DNA from: Octopus vulgaris
Taxonomy: Eukaryota
Direction of reading: 5' to 3'
NCBI GenBank assembly: GCA_951406725.2
Contig: OX597831.1
Location: 41,478,001 to 41,542,000 of the forward strand
DNA length: 64,000 nucleotides
The position numbers and the translations under genes are program-made. Within the stretch, counting starts at the first letter, position 1; the number at the start of each line of letters is the position of its first letter. Under the pieces are notes generated by a model, which was given only the letters and a program-made list of their open reading frames with translations, did not search any database and was not told where the DNA came from. Positions 14,673-26,864 of the stretch are shown piece by piece.

Positions 14673-15051
14673 CGGAGCGCAATGGCCCAGTGGTTAGGGC
14701 AGCGGACTCGAGGTCATAGGATCTTGGTTTCGATTCCCAGACCGGGTATTGTGAGTGTTTATTGAGCGAAAATACCTAAAGTTCCACGAGGCTCAGCACA
14801 GGGTGGTGGTGAACCCTGCTGTACTCTTTCACTATAACTTTCTCTCACTCTTACTTCTTGTTTCTGTTGTGCCTGTAATTCAAAGGGCCAGCCTTGTCAC
14901 ACTGTGTCATGCTGAATATCCCCGAGAACTATGTTAAGGGTACACATGTCTGTGGAGTGCTCAGCCACTTGTACGTTAATTTCATGAGCAGGCTGTTCTG
15001 TTGATTGAATCAACTGGAACCCTTGTCGTCATAAGCGACGGAGTGCCAACA
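14673..15051 (+). mobile_element. tRNA-derived SINE with TSD
   Basis: Head TGGCCCAGTGGTTAGGGC...GGTTTCGATTCCC; flanked by the direct repeat TTTCTGTG. Confidence 0.7.
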
Positions 15052-15098
15052 TTTTCTGTGTATGTATGTGTGTGTGTGTGTGTGTGCGTGTCTGCTAC

Positions 15099-15143
15099 TC
15101 TAGGCCGACGAAGGACAATCATCCTGAAACACGTGTCCCTAGA
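15099..15143 (+). ncRNA. Minimal hammerhead ribozyme (U4C core variant)
   Basis: TCTAGG-CCGACGA-AGGA(CAATCA)TCCT-GAAA-CACGTG-TC-CCTAGA: 6-bp stem I, 4-bp stem II, palindromic ACACGTGT stem III, GUC triplet. Confidence 0.75.
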
Positions 15144-15369
15144 TGCAGCCCGGGCGGCTGGGGGTATTTGTCTCCCCTTCGTAAATGTATATAAGGACAC
15201 AGGAAAAATGTGTCAAAGCCATCAGGAGGCGTCGATGCTTCCTAGGGCTAAAGAGCGGTGGTGTACCCCCCTACTGTCACGTTCGTGTTAGATTGACAGT
15301 ATACAACCATTCTATCGTCCCACCACCGTACATGTCTCTACGAGAGATTTAGAAATTTAGTATTTCTGA

Positions 15370-15405
<36 letters not shown>

Positions 15406-16033
15406 AGTATATTTACTTTCTTGTGTGCGTGTGTATATATGTGTGTGCATATGTGTATTTCATCATCATCATCATCGTTTAGCGTCCGTTTTCCATGCTA
15501 GCATGGGTTGGACGGGTCAACTGGGGTCTGTGAAGCTGGAAGGCTTCGTCAGGCCCAGTCAGATCTGGCAGTGTTTCTACGGCTGGATGCCCTTCCTAAT
15601 GCCAACCACTCCGCGAGTGTAGTGGGTGTTTTTTACGTGCCACCTGCACAGGTGCCAGACAGATATATATATATATATAAATGTGTGTGTTTGTGTGTCA
15701 TTGTGTCTGTGTTTGTTGCTCCAATACTGCGCCACCACATGTTTATGTATCTTTAAGTTAGCAGTTCGGCAAAAAGTGGGTGGGGTGACTGAATTTATAA
15801 CAGACTTCAAAAAAATGTAAGCTCCAACTTCCCACCAAATTTCCAGACCTTGTGCCAAAATTTGAAGCCTCCTCCTCCATTCAGTAGCCTTGTTTTTATC
15901 ACGTGCTTTCACTGCACTACCAAGTGCAGCTCAGTGTGCCTTGGGTCTGTGTTGTGGTTTGTTGTGATGCTCTTATTGTTACTGTAATGAAAGTGTTTTA
16001 TGTAGAATGTGTGCTGTGCCTAGTAGTGCTATA

Positions 16034-16259
16034 AGGCAGCGAGCTGGCAGAATCGTTAGCAAGCCAGGTAAAATGCTTAACGCTATTTCACCTATTGTTA
16101 CGTTCTGAGTTCAAATTCCACTGAGGTTGACTTTGCCTGTCATCCTTTCGGGATCGGTAAATTAAGTACCAGTCAAGTACTGGGGTCGATGTAATCGACT
16201 TAACCGCCTCCCCAAAGATTTCAGGCCATGTGACTACAGTAGAAAGGATTATTATTATC

Positions 16260-16311
<52 letters not shown>

Positions 16312-16452
16312 TTATTATTACTCCACTGGGGTCGAATTTGCCTTTCATTCTTTCTATGTTGATAAATTGAGTATCAGTTGTATACTGGGGTCAATCTAAT
16401 TGACTGCCCCCCCTCTCCCAAAGTTTCAGGCCTTGTGCCTATAGCAGAAAGG

Positions 16453-16499
<47 letters not shown>

Positions 16500-17105
16500 C
16501 ATTATTATTATTATTAAGCCAGTGAACTGGTAGAATTATTAGCGCATCAGATAAAATGCTTAGCGAGATTTTGTCCATCTTTGCATTCTGAGTTCAAATT
16601 TTGTTGAGGTGATTTTTGCTATTCATCCTTTCAGGGTCGATAAAATAAGTACCAGTCACATACTGGGGTTGGGGTTGGTGTAATCAACTAGCACCCCTCC
16701 CAATTTCAGGGTTTATACCTATATTAGAAAGGATTGTTATTATTATTATTATTATTTATTATTATTATTATTAAGGTGGTGCGCCAGCAGAATTGTTAGT
16801 GTGTCAGGTGAAATATATAGCAGCATTTCATCTGTATTTATGTTCTGAGTTCAAATGCTGTCGAGGTTGACTTTGCCTTTCATCCTTTTGGGGTCGAGAA
16901 AATAGGTACCAGTTGAGCACTGGAGCATTGATGTAACTGACTAGTCCCCTCCCCTCAAAATTTCTTCAGGCCTTGTGCCTATGGTAGAAAGGATTATTAT
17001 TATTATTATTATTATTGAGTGAGAGAGCAGTACATGCCATGGGGTCGATGTAATCAACTAGTCCCCTCCTTCCAAATTTCAGGCCTTGTGCCTTTAGTAG
17101 AAAGG

Positions 17106-17165
<60 letters not shown>

Positions 17166-17400
17166 TAGGTGGCAGAATCATTAGCATATGGGTCAAAACG
17201 CTTCATTGCATTTCTTCCGACTCTATACATTCTGAATTCAAATTTTGCCCCATTGACTTTGCCTTTCTTCCTTTTGGGGTCAATAAAATAAGTATCAGTT
17301 GAACACAGGGATCAATGTAATTGATTAATCCCTTCCCTTAAAATTTGAAACCTTGTGCCTATAGTAGAATAGATTATTATTATTATTATTATTATTATGA
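16034..17400 (+). mobile_element. Head-to-tail array of SINE family B (Nin-domain-like) with (ATT)n tails
   Basis: About six copies of GAGCTGGCAGAATCGTTAGC...GACTTTGCCTTTCATCCTTTCGGGGTCGATAAA...AGTACCAG...GAAAGG(ATT)n. Confidence 0.8.
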
Positions 17401-17803
17401 GTTTTAATCAATCTTATTCTGTACTTGTCTGTGTAATCTTAATCTGATTTGATTGAGAGGTTTTAGAAAAACATGGATGTTTTAGATGGGAATACAATTT
17501 CGCCTGCTAACTACGGAAATTAAAACAGTTTTGTGTGTATTTTTTATGTGTGTGTGTGTGCAAATAGTCATACATGTATGCATGGAAATGTACATTCTCA
17601 CAGACTGATTTTTCTTGCCCCAGGCAGGCCTGTTTGCAAACACACACACACACACACGTGTATATGTATGTATATTATGTGTGTCTACTTTTCATATCTA
17701 TTTGTATATATATAACTATATACTTACATACATACACACATCCATGTGTGTGTGTGTGTGTATAGATTATGTATATATATATATATATATATGTGAGTAT
17801 ATA

Positions 17804-17841
<38 letters not shown>

Positions 17842-17954
17842 TAGATAGATATTTACACAGACACATATATACATATATGTATATTTATGTGTGTATCTAT
17901 TTTACATATCCATCTCTCTTTCTTTCTGTCTGTCTGTCTGTCTGTCTGTCTCTG

Positions 17955-18018
<64 letters not shown>

Positions 18019-18214
18019 CAGATAGACAAATAGGTAGGTATACACACATGCATGTCTGTATGCATGTGTATTCTTGCATGTGTGTCTTTTAATATCTATG
18101 CATGCACGTACACACGCACGCGCGCACACACACACACACACACCTGATTGGAGAGCTTGAGAGGGAAAATCCTCTCTGACACTGAAAATTTGAAAGACTT
18201 TAAAATTTGACTGG

Positions 18215-18370
18215 AAGCTTACAGAGAAATAATGACATTGACAGACTGTATATATCTGAGAAGAAGGCAAAGACACAAAGATTTAGCATCATTCCAGACA
18301 GCATCAGTTGACTGAATGCCATATGCCACCAATGATTAAAAGACTAGATCAAAAATCAATACATTAACCA
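18215..18370 (+). mobile_element. Non-LTR retrotransposon relic (R4/Dong-like)
   Basis: DIDRLYISEKK..SIIPDSI resembles the DRLY..RKEGGRGL..IED motif. Confidence 0.4.
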
Positions 18371-18887
18371 AAAAAAAAAAAAAAAAATCAATACATTAAA
18401 CGAGTGATAGAAATTAAGGAAATCAATATATTATGAATGGATTCTTCAAGAATTTCTAGGGACATGGAGATATATTCCATGTGACACCCCCTCCCCCCCA
18501 TAATTGATTGATAGATTTACCTTAACTTTTTTTTGATACCGAGCTATCTGAAACTGCTTCTTGTTTTCTGACACAAACTTCCTGTTTCAAAGTGATCTAA
18601 ATTAAAAGTCTTCATTAAAATTTCATGTTAATTTGTTGTTTCAAATTTCAGCTTAATGAAGAGAAAATTATTTTACTAAATTTTTCATTGTTTTCAAAAT
18701 TAAGTGACATTGAAAAAAAATAATTTCCCAATTAATTTTGAAATAAAATAATCAAAATACATTCATATATACAAGTGTTTATGTGTATGTGTATGTGTGA
18801 GTGTGTGTGCATGTGTGTGTGTATGTGTATCTATCTATCTATCTATGTGTCTATCTATGTATGTATGTATGTATGTATGTATGTATG

Positions 18888-18938
<51 letters not shown>

Positions 18939-19580
18939 ATATATAGATAGATAGATACACATAGATAAATAGATAGATACACATACACACACACATGCAC
19001 ACACACATACACATACACATAAACACTTGTATATAAATATACATTTCTATTTCATGCTTTGCCAAGAAATGATGCATTGTACAAGAAATTTTGACTTGAG
19101 TCAAATATACCAAACTACAAATTGTTGTTAGAGTATCTGCATATGTGAAGCTTGTTTGTACTGACACCGAGTTGTATAAGTCTTAATAAGGAAGTCAAAC
19201 CAAATAGTCATGTTCTGAAATCATTTAATATGCATGTTTCAGGTCTGTGTAATATATACTAGAAAATGCATCCATTATGTAAGATCTTCCTCAGTTAAAA
19301 CATTTCAAAATATTTTCAAATTTGGTTTGACTTCATTATTACAACACACACACACACATCCCTTTTGCATTCAGATTACTCTGTTGAATGTAATGCTTAT
19401 TTACTTACATTGTTTCAACTTTATTGGGCATTATCTTGTATCTCTGAGACTACAATAGTGTGATTTTTTTAGTTTTAGAATGATATTGTAGAGTAGGTGG
19501 GTGGCCTGATCTAGCCAGTTTAAACATAAGACAGGTGGAATATTTGGGCTGGATTTGGCCAGTTTAAATACTACAAGATT

Positions 19581-19614
<34 letters not shown>

Positions 19615-19725
19615 CTGTGCGTGTGTATACACACACACACACACATACATATGTATATATAATTTTTTTCAGAATGCGATAAAAAACCGAGGCTGTGAAG
19701 ATTTTAGAACATTTATAAATAGAAG

Positions 19726-19773
19726 GTCTTACAGCTGTTTCCAGGATATTTATTATATCCCTTCATCGGAGAC
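19726..19773 (-). ncRNA. Minimal hammerhead ribozyme, inverted twin of 20162-20209 (U4C)
   Basis: Minus strand GTCT-CCGATGA-A-GGGAT(ATAATAAAT)ATCCT-G-GAAA-CAGCTG-TA-AGAC; perfect stem I GTCT/AGAC. Confidence 0.65.
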
Positions 19774-20161
19774 GGTGTGAGAGAATGGTTAAGCAATAGT
19801 TAATTTAGATAAGATATAAAATAGAGAGTGAAGTGGAGGAATGAAAATAGATGTGAGATATGCAGGGATATTGTATTTGTAGATTCATTATTTAGGTAGA
19901 ATGATTCCAATACCTTGTGAGTAAAATCCAATAGTATTTAAAATTGGTCATTCCAAGTCTAGAGTTTGCACACAGTTCTATTGAATACTACTGGATTTTA
20001 CTCACAAGGTATTGGAATCTTATATGTATACCATTCTGCCTAAATAATGAATCTACAAATGCAATATCCCTGCATATCTCACATCTATTTTCATTCCTCC
20101 ACTTCACTCTCTTTTTCGTATCTTATCTAAATTAACTATTGCTTAACCATTTTCTCTCACC

Positions 20162-20209
20162 GTTTCTGATGAAGGGATCTAATAAATATCCTGGAAACAG
20201 CTGTAAGAC
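20162..20209 (+). ncRNA. Minimal hammerhead ribozyme
   Basis: GTTT-CTGATGA-A-GGGAT(CTAATAAAT)ATCCT-G-GAAA-CAGCTG-TA-AGAC; palindromic ACAGCTGT stem III. Confidence 0.72.
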
Positions 20210-20427
20210 CTTCTATTTATAAATGTTCTAAAATCTTCACAGCCATGGTTTTTTATCTCATTCGGAAAAATATTTTTTTATATATACACATGCTGATATA
20301 TGATCTACGCTGGACTCCTTATTCACATTATCACCGAACCTGGAACTTAACTATGGTCTATCCATAGCACTTACTCAGTATTACCTGACGCCTTTGGGTC
20401 TTAATGACACCATTACCTTTCATATCG

Positions 20428-20500
<73 letters not shown>

Positions 20501-20719
20501 CACACACATCCACATACATGCACATACATGTAATGGGCTTCTTTCAGTTTCTGCCTACCAAATCCGCTCACAAGGCTTTGGTTGGCCCTAGGCTGTAGCA
20601 GAAGACACTTGCCCAAGGTGCTGTGCAGTAGTAGGACTGAACCCAGAACCATGTGGTTAGGAAGCAATCTTCTTAACATGTTGCCACGCCAACACCTTGA
20701 TTACTATTTTCAAACGGAA

Positions 20720-21130
20720 ATTCCTTATGGAGTTTTATAAATAAAAGTTATACTGATCTAAATAACCTACATACTGTAATTGCTTGTTGTGGAAAGTCAG
20801 CAAACCATTTACAAGCATATGTTAATTAATTTTAAAGAATTTGGGAAAATAGATAGAATGCATTTAGCGTTTGATAAAGAGAACATAAAGAAGTTTTGAA
20901 AAAGAGAGATATCTTGAAGAGATTGATTAAAGTAGCATGCTTCTGGAAATGTAAGAAAACTTGGCTTTTCATGGCCATGATTGAAAGGAGTTATCTGAAA
21001 ACAGAGATAACTATTAGGAAATAGCCTTTTGTCAAACAGATTTCGATAAAAAGAAACTACAAAATCATTTCAAAACTGGTTGTTATCAACTATTTGGTGT
21101 GATCTAATTAAGTCAATTAACACAATTCTT
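20720..21130 (+). mobile_element. hAT (ZMYM1-like) transposase relic
   Basis: Broken frames give KRDILKRLIKVACF and NLAFHGHD (cf. LAFRGHDE). Confidence 0.5.
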
Positions 21131-21504
21131 TTCACCCAAATCAAAAAAGGAGGTGCAGGTACAGGTGTTTGGTTAGGAAATATGATTTCCGACCTCATGG
21201 TTCCAGTTTCAGTCCCTCTATGTGGCACCTTGGGCAAGTGTCTTCCATTATTGCCCCAGCCTGACCAAGGCCTTATGAGTGGATTTTGATGACAGAAACT
21301 GAAAGAAGGTCATCATATCTATCTGTGTGTGTGTGTGTAGGCACAGGTGTGGCTGTGTGGTAAGAAGCTTGCTTCCCAACCACATTGTTCTGGGTTCAGT
21401 TCCACTGTGTGGTACTTTGGCCAAGTATATTCTATTATAAGCTCAGGCCAACTGTAGTCTTGTGAGTGGATTTGGTAGGCGGAAACTGAAAGAAATGTGT
21501 TGTA

Positions 21505-21565
<61 letters not shown>

Positions 21566-22519
21566 TTAATGTATATACTTATGTATTTGTGTGTGTGTGT
21601 GTGTCTATGTATGTCCTTCTGCCATCGCTTGACAACTGATGCTGGTATGTTTATGTCCCCTTAACTTAGTGATAGGCTTACAGAGAATAAATCCTGGGGT
21701 TGATTTCTTCGACTAAAACCCTTTAAAGCAGTGCTTCAGCATGGCCACAGTCAAATGACTGAAATAAGTAAAAGAATAAAAGAGTATGTGTATGTGTGTG
21801 TATATACATACATATATACTTTTTTATCCAAGGGGAGGCAATGTGAGCAACAACCACAGGAACATCACAAAATTCAAAGATAGACCAAACACATACAAAT
21901 CTTATATAGTAATTTATATCTAAACGGTCCGACATTCTAAAAAATTTTTAAATTCAGTAATATATAAGTATCATATACAAATAAAAATATAAATATAAAT
22001 ATAAATTTTGCATATAACACACTTAAAACTGTTAGAATCATCATCATCATCATCATCATCGTTTAACGTCCGTTCTCCATGCTAGCATGGGTTGGACGGT
22101 TCGACCGGGGATCTGGGAAGCCAGAAGGCTGCACCAGGCTCCGGTCTTATCTGGCAATGTTTCTACAGCTGGATGCCCTTCCTAACGCCAACCACTCCGT
22201 GAGTGTAGTGGGTGCTTTTTACGTGCCACCTGCACTGGTGCCAGGCGAGGCTGGCATCGGCCACGGTCGGATTGGTGCATTTTACGTGCCACCTGCACGG
22301 AAGCCAGTCGAGGCGGCACTGGCTGAATAAATATAATAAATATAATGATAATAAAATAAAAAAATAAAAATATGCAATACCGGCGTGTACGCATAAGATC
22401 CACTCGTTGTATGAGTGGATCTTATGCGTAAGACGCAGTCCATTGTATATCTTGAGCATTTTTGTCACTCAAGATATAACTTTATATTTTGTAAATACAT
22501 ACATATATATATATATCGT

Positions 22520-23680
22520 GGCCTATGCCAGGGGTGTAACCAACCCACTTATGTGTACCTTTCCTTCATTGGACACTAAACTCTGCTTGTGAAGATCTGT
22601 TGAGACAAGTGACATCGAAATTGAAATCAAATTCAATGACTGGCATCCGTGCTAGTGGAGCGCTAAGAGCACCATCTTGAGCGTGATTGTGGCCAGACTA
22701 GCTAACTGGCTTCTGTGCTGGTGGCATGAAAAAAGCACCATTCGAGCTTGATCGTTACCAGTGTCACATTACTGGCACTTGTGCCGGTAGCACGTGAAAA
22801 AACATTCAAGCGAGGTCATTGCCAGTGCCACTGGACTGGCTCCTGTTCAGGTGGCACGTAAAAAACACCATTTGAGCGTGGCCGTTGCCAGCACCGCCTG
22901 ACTTGCCCTCATGCTGGTGGCATGTAAAAGCACCCGCTACACTCTCGAAGTGGTTGGCATTAGAAAGGGCATCAAGCTGTAGAAACTCTGCCAGATCAGA
23001 TTGGAGCCTGATGCAGCCATCTGGTTCACCAGTCCTCAGTCAAATCGTCCAACCCATGCTAGCATGGAAAGTGGATGTTAAACAATGATGATGATGATAT
23101 ATATATATATGTAAATCAATAGAAATTGTAAATCAATGGAAATATATATGTAAATCAATGGAAATTGCAGCTGTGATACCAGTGCCGGTGGCACGTAAGC
23201 GAACCATCCGATCGTGGCCGTTGCCAGCGCCGCCCCGACTGTTCTCCGTGCCGGTGGCACGTAAAAAGCACCATCCAATCGTGGCCGTTGCCAGCCTCGC
23301 CTGGCCCCCGCACCACCCGACTGTGGCCGTTGCCAGCGCCGCTCCGATTGGCCTCCGTGCCGGTGGCACGTAAAAAGCACCATCCGATCGTGGCCGTTGC
23401 CAGCCTCGCCTGGCCCCTGTGCCGGTGGCATGTAAAAAGCACCATCCATCCGTGTCTGTTTGCCAGCTCCGTCTGGCACCTGTGCCGGTGGAACATAAAA
23501 AGCACCCACTACACTCACTAAGTGGTTGGCGTTAGGAAGGGCATCCAGCCGTAGAAACATTGCCAGATCAGACTGGGCCTGGTGCAGCCTTCTGGCTTCC
23601 CAGACCCCAGTTGAACCGTCCAACCCATGCTAGCATGGAAAGCAGATGCTAAATGATGACGATGATGATGATGATGATGA
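22520..23680 (+). mobile_element. Two adjacent SINE family C copies (Meta-domain-like) with internal minisatellite and (GAT)n tail
   Basis: Repeated GCCGGTGGCACGTAAAAAGCACCAT units, then GGTTGGCGTTAGGAAGGGCATCCAGC...CCAACCCATGCTAGCATGGAAA...(GAT)n. Other copies at ~4680-5130, 7838-8140, 15460-15660, 22038-22320, 41500-41665, 46460-46650, 56245-56730. Confidence 0.75.
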
Positions 23681-24668
23681 TATGTGTACACCTGTTTTGA
23701 GAAAGAAGATTGATTAGAAAGTCTCTCACAATGTAGCAGTTTGGACTTAGAAGTGCTTAAGAGTAACTTGAGACGAAAGATATAAATATGTAAAGTGAAA
23801 GAACAAAAGACTTTGTAATTCAGTCCACCAACATGACTCCAATTAGAGATGGATTTAAAGAACAAATGTACATGATAGAATAAAAACATATAAATACAGA
23901 CATTCTTTTTAAAATCTATAAATAAATAAATATGTTAAAAATATATATGTGTAAATTAATAGGTTTTAAAAGAATCTTCAGAGGGAGGCATAAAAATGTT
24001 AAAACATGCATGTATAGGTAAAAATATTGGAGAAAGTTTGAAGCGGTGATAGAAGCAAACTAAAAGATACAATGAGGAGTGAAGTTAAACATTGGGATAG
24101 TTAAAATTAGTTAAAGTAGGGTATTCTATCCTGAATTTTTACTTTGCTCCTCATTGTATCTTTTAGTTTGCTTCTATCACCGCTTCAGACTTTCTCCAAT
24201 ATTTTTACCTATACATGCATGTTTTAACATTTTTATGCCTCCCTCTGAAGATTCTTTTAAAACCTATTAATTTACTCATATATATTTTTAACATATTTAT
24301 TTATTTATAGATTTTAAAAAGAATGTCTGTATTTATATGTTTTTATTCTATCATGTACATTTGTTCTTTAAATCCATCTCTAATTGGAGTCATATTGGTG
24401 GACTTTTGTTCTTTCACTTTACATATTTATATCTTTCGTCTCAAGTTACTCTTAAGCACTTCTAAGTCCAAACCGCTACATTGTGAGAGACTTTCTAATC
24501 AATCTTCTTTCTCAAAACAGGTGTACACATATCATCATCATCAATTAGCATCTGCTTTCCATGCTAGCATGGGTTGGACGGTTCAACTGGGGTCTGGGAA
24601 ACCAGAAGGCTGCACCAGGCCCAGTCTGATCTGGCAATGTTTCTACGGCTGGATGCCCTTCCTAATGC
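23530..24668. repeat. ~550-bp-arm inverted duplication
   Basis: 23530-24080 is close to the reverse complement of 24145-24668, including the SINE C 3' end. Confidence 0.9.
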
Positions 24669-24998
24669 TCATGGCTCAGTGGTTAGAGCATCGAGCTTAC
24701 GATCGTGAGGTTGTGAGCTCGAATCCCGGACCGGGCTGCATGTTGTATTCTTGAGCAAGGCACTTTATTTCACGTTGCTCCAGTTCACTCAGCTGTAGAA
24801 ATGAGTTGCGACGTCACTGGTGCCAAGCTGTATCGACCTTTGTTTTTCCCTTGGATAACACTGGTGGCGTGGAGAGGGAGGCTGGTATGCATGGGCGACT
24901 GCTGGTCTTCCATAAACAACCTTGACCGAACTTGTGTCTAGGAGGGTAACTTTCTAGGTGCAGTCCCATGGTCATTCATGACCGAAGGGGGTCTTTAC
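24668..24998 (+). mobile_element. tRNA-derived SINE family D (also ~34187-34420, 55937-56225)
   Basis: Head TGGCTCAGTGGTTAGAGC...CTCGAATCCC, body TTCTTGAGCAAGGCACTTTATTTCACG, end ATGACCGAAGGGGGTC. Confidence 0.75.
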
Positions 24999-25307
24999 AT
25001 GCATGTTTTAACATTTTTATGGCTCCATCTAGAGATTTTTTAAAAATCTGTTAATTTACATATATATATATTTTTAATTTTCTTTATTCTTTTATTCTTT
25101 TATTTGTTTCAGTCATTTGACTGTGGCCATGCTGGAGCACTGTCTTTAGTTGAGCAAATTGACCTCAGGACTTATACTTTGTAAACCTAGTACTTATTCT
25201 ATCGGTCTCTCTTGCCGAACCGCTGAGTGATGGGGACGTAAACACACCAGCATTGGTTGTCAAGCAATGTTGGGGAGACAAACACAGACACACAAACATA
25301 TACATAC

Positions 25308-25360
<53 letters not shown>

Positions 25361-25786
25361 CACGATGGGCTTCTTTCAGTTTCCCTTCCTAATGTGTTGA
25401 AGCATATTTTGTTGTGTCTTGGGGGAGTCATTCTCTTTTAGTGCCTTATTATTTCACACATTCACTGGTAAAGTGTGAAAATTAAGTAAATAAATAAATA
25501 AATAAATGAGTGGAAACTTTACCAGTGAGTGTGTTAAATAATAAGGCACTAAAAGAGAATGATTCTCCTCAGACACAACAGGTTGGTGCTGATGGTGATA
25601 TTTAATTTATTAGGTCCTTTCTAAAATCAACTTACCCATGCTGTAGCCATTCCTACTTTGTGGGCCAAGTAGACTATCATCTCATTATAATCCGAATATG
25701 TCAGCTCTTGTAAGCTTGTTAAGATGTTCTCCAAGATAGAAAAATCCTATCAGTTCAAAGGGTTCCACTCCATTTTAACTGTTTAA

Positions 25787-26295
25787 CCCTTTTTGTTTTT
25801 TTATTACAATATTTTTGTTGAGATACACTGGTTTTGTTTCAATTAATTTTGGAAATAATGAAGAATTTATTAAAATAACTGCCTCGTTTATTAAGCTGGT
25901 GTTTGGAACTTAATAAAAAAAAGAAAACTTGAAATATTATTGGAAGATTTTAATTTAGATCACTTTAGAACAGGAAGTTTGTATCATAGAACCAGTAAGG
26001 ATGATAACGATGATGGTGGTGGTGGTGGTGGTGGTGGTGGTGGTGGTGGTGGTGGTGGTGTTGGTGGTGGTGGTGTGGAGGTGGTGGTGGTAGCATTAAT
26101 GATAGTCATAGTGGTGGTGGTGGTGGTGGTGAGGGTGGTGGTGGTGGAAGCGTTAGTGGTAGTCATAGTGGTAGTGTTGGTGGTGTTGGTGTTGGTGGTG
26201 GTGGTGTTGGTGGTGGTGGTGTTGGTGGTGGTGGTGTGGAGGTGGTGGTGGTAGCATTAATGATAGTCATAGTGGTAGTGGTGGTGGTAGTGGTG

Positions 26296-26340
<45 letters not shown>

Positions 26341-26364
26341 TCTGGTGTGCTGGTATCAAAAGGG
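25787..26364. mobile_element. piggyBac-like non-autonomous element with internal (GGT)n expansion
   Basis: TTAA|CCCTTTT ... AAAAGGG|TTAA ends; related body sequence at ~18520-18750. Confidence 0.6.
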
Positions 26365-26775
26365 TTAAACTCTTTAATTTATTAACAAAGCTAGTTGCCA
26401 GGGATGTTCAGATTACTCAGCCACATGTATGGCTTATTTATTCACATTGCTTTATCTCGTAGCTTTGAAATTTTGATGGTGTGATTGGTTATTTTTGGGA
26501 TGCCATTGAAGGATAGATGTGAGACCCTGGATCTGGCTGGTTTGTGCATAAAGCAAGCAGAATAGTTGGGCTGGATTTGGCTGGTTTAAATGCTAAAGGG
26601 ATAAATATACAAACCAATCTATTAGATTTACTTAGGCTCTTGCTGAGACCCCCTTCAGTCATGACTGGGTTCATTCCCACTGCGTGGCACCTTGGGCAAG
26701 TGTCTTCTACTATATCCTCAGGCTGACCAAAGCCTTGTGAGTGGATTAGGTAGACAGAAACTGAAAGAAGCCCGT

Positions 26776-26864
<89 letters not shown>

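Noticed and set aside
14676-14750. tRNA-like sequences (also 24668-24740, 55938-56010)
   Set aside because: No complete cloverleaf or acceptor stem, and they continue into SINE bodies; these are SINE heads, not tRNA genes.
23160-23510. Repeat-spacer-like array resembling CRISPR
   Set aside because: Eukaryotic context, the 'spacers' are related to each other, no cas genes; it is the internal minisatellite of SINE family C.
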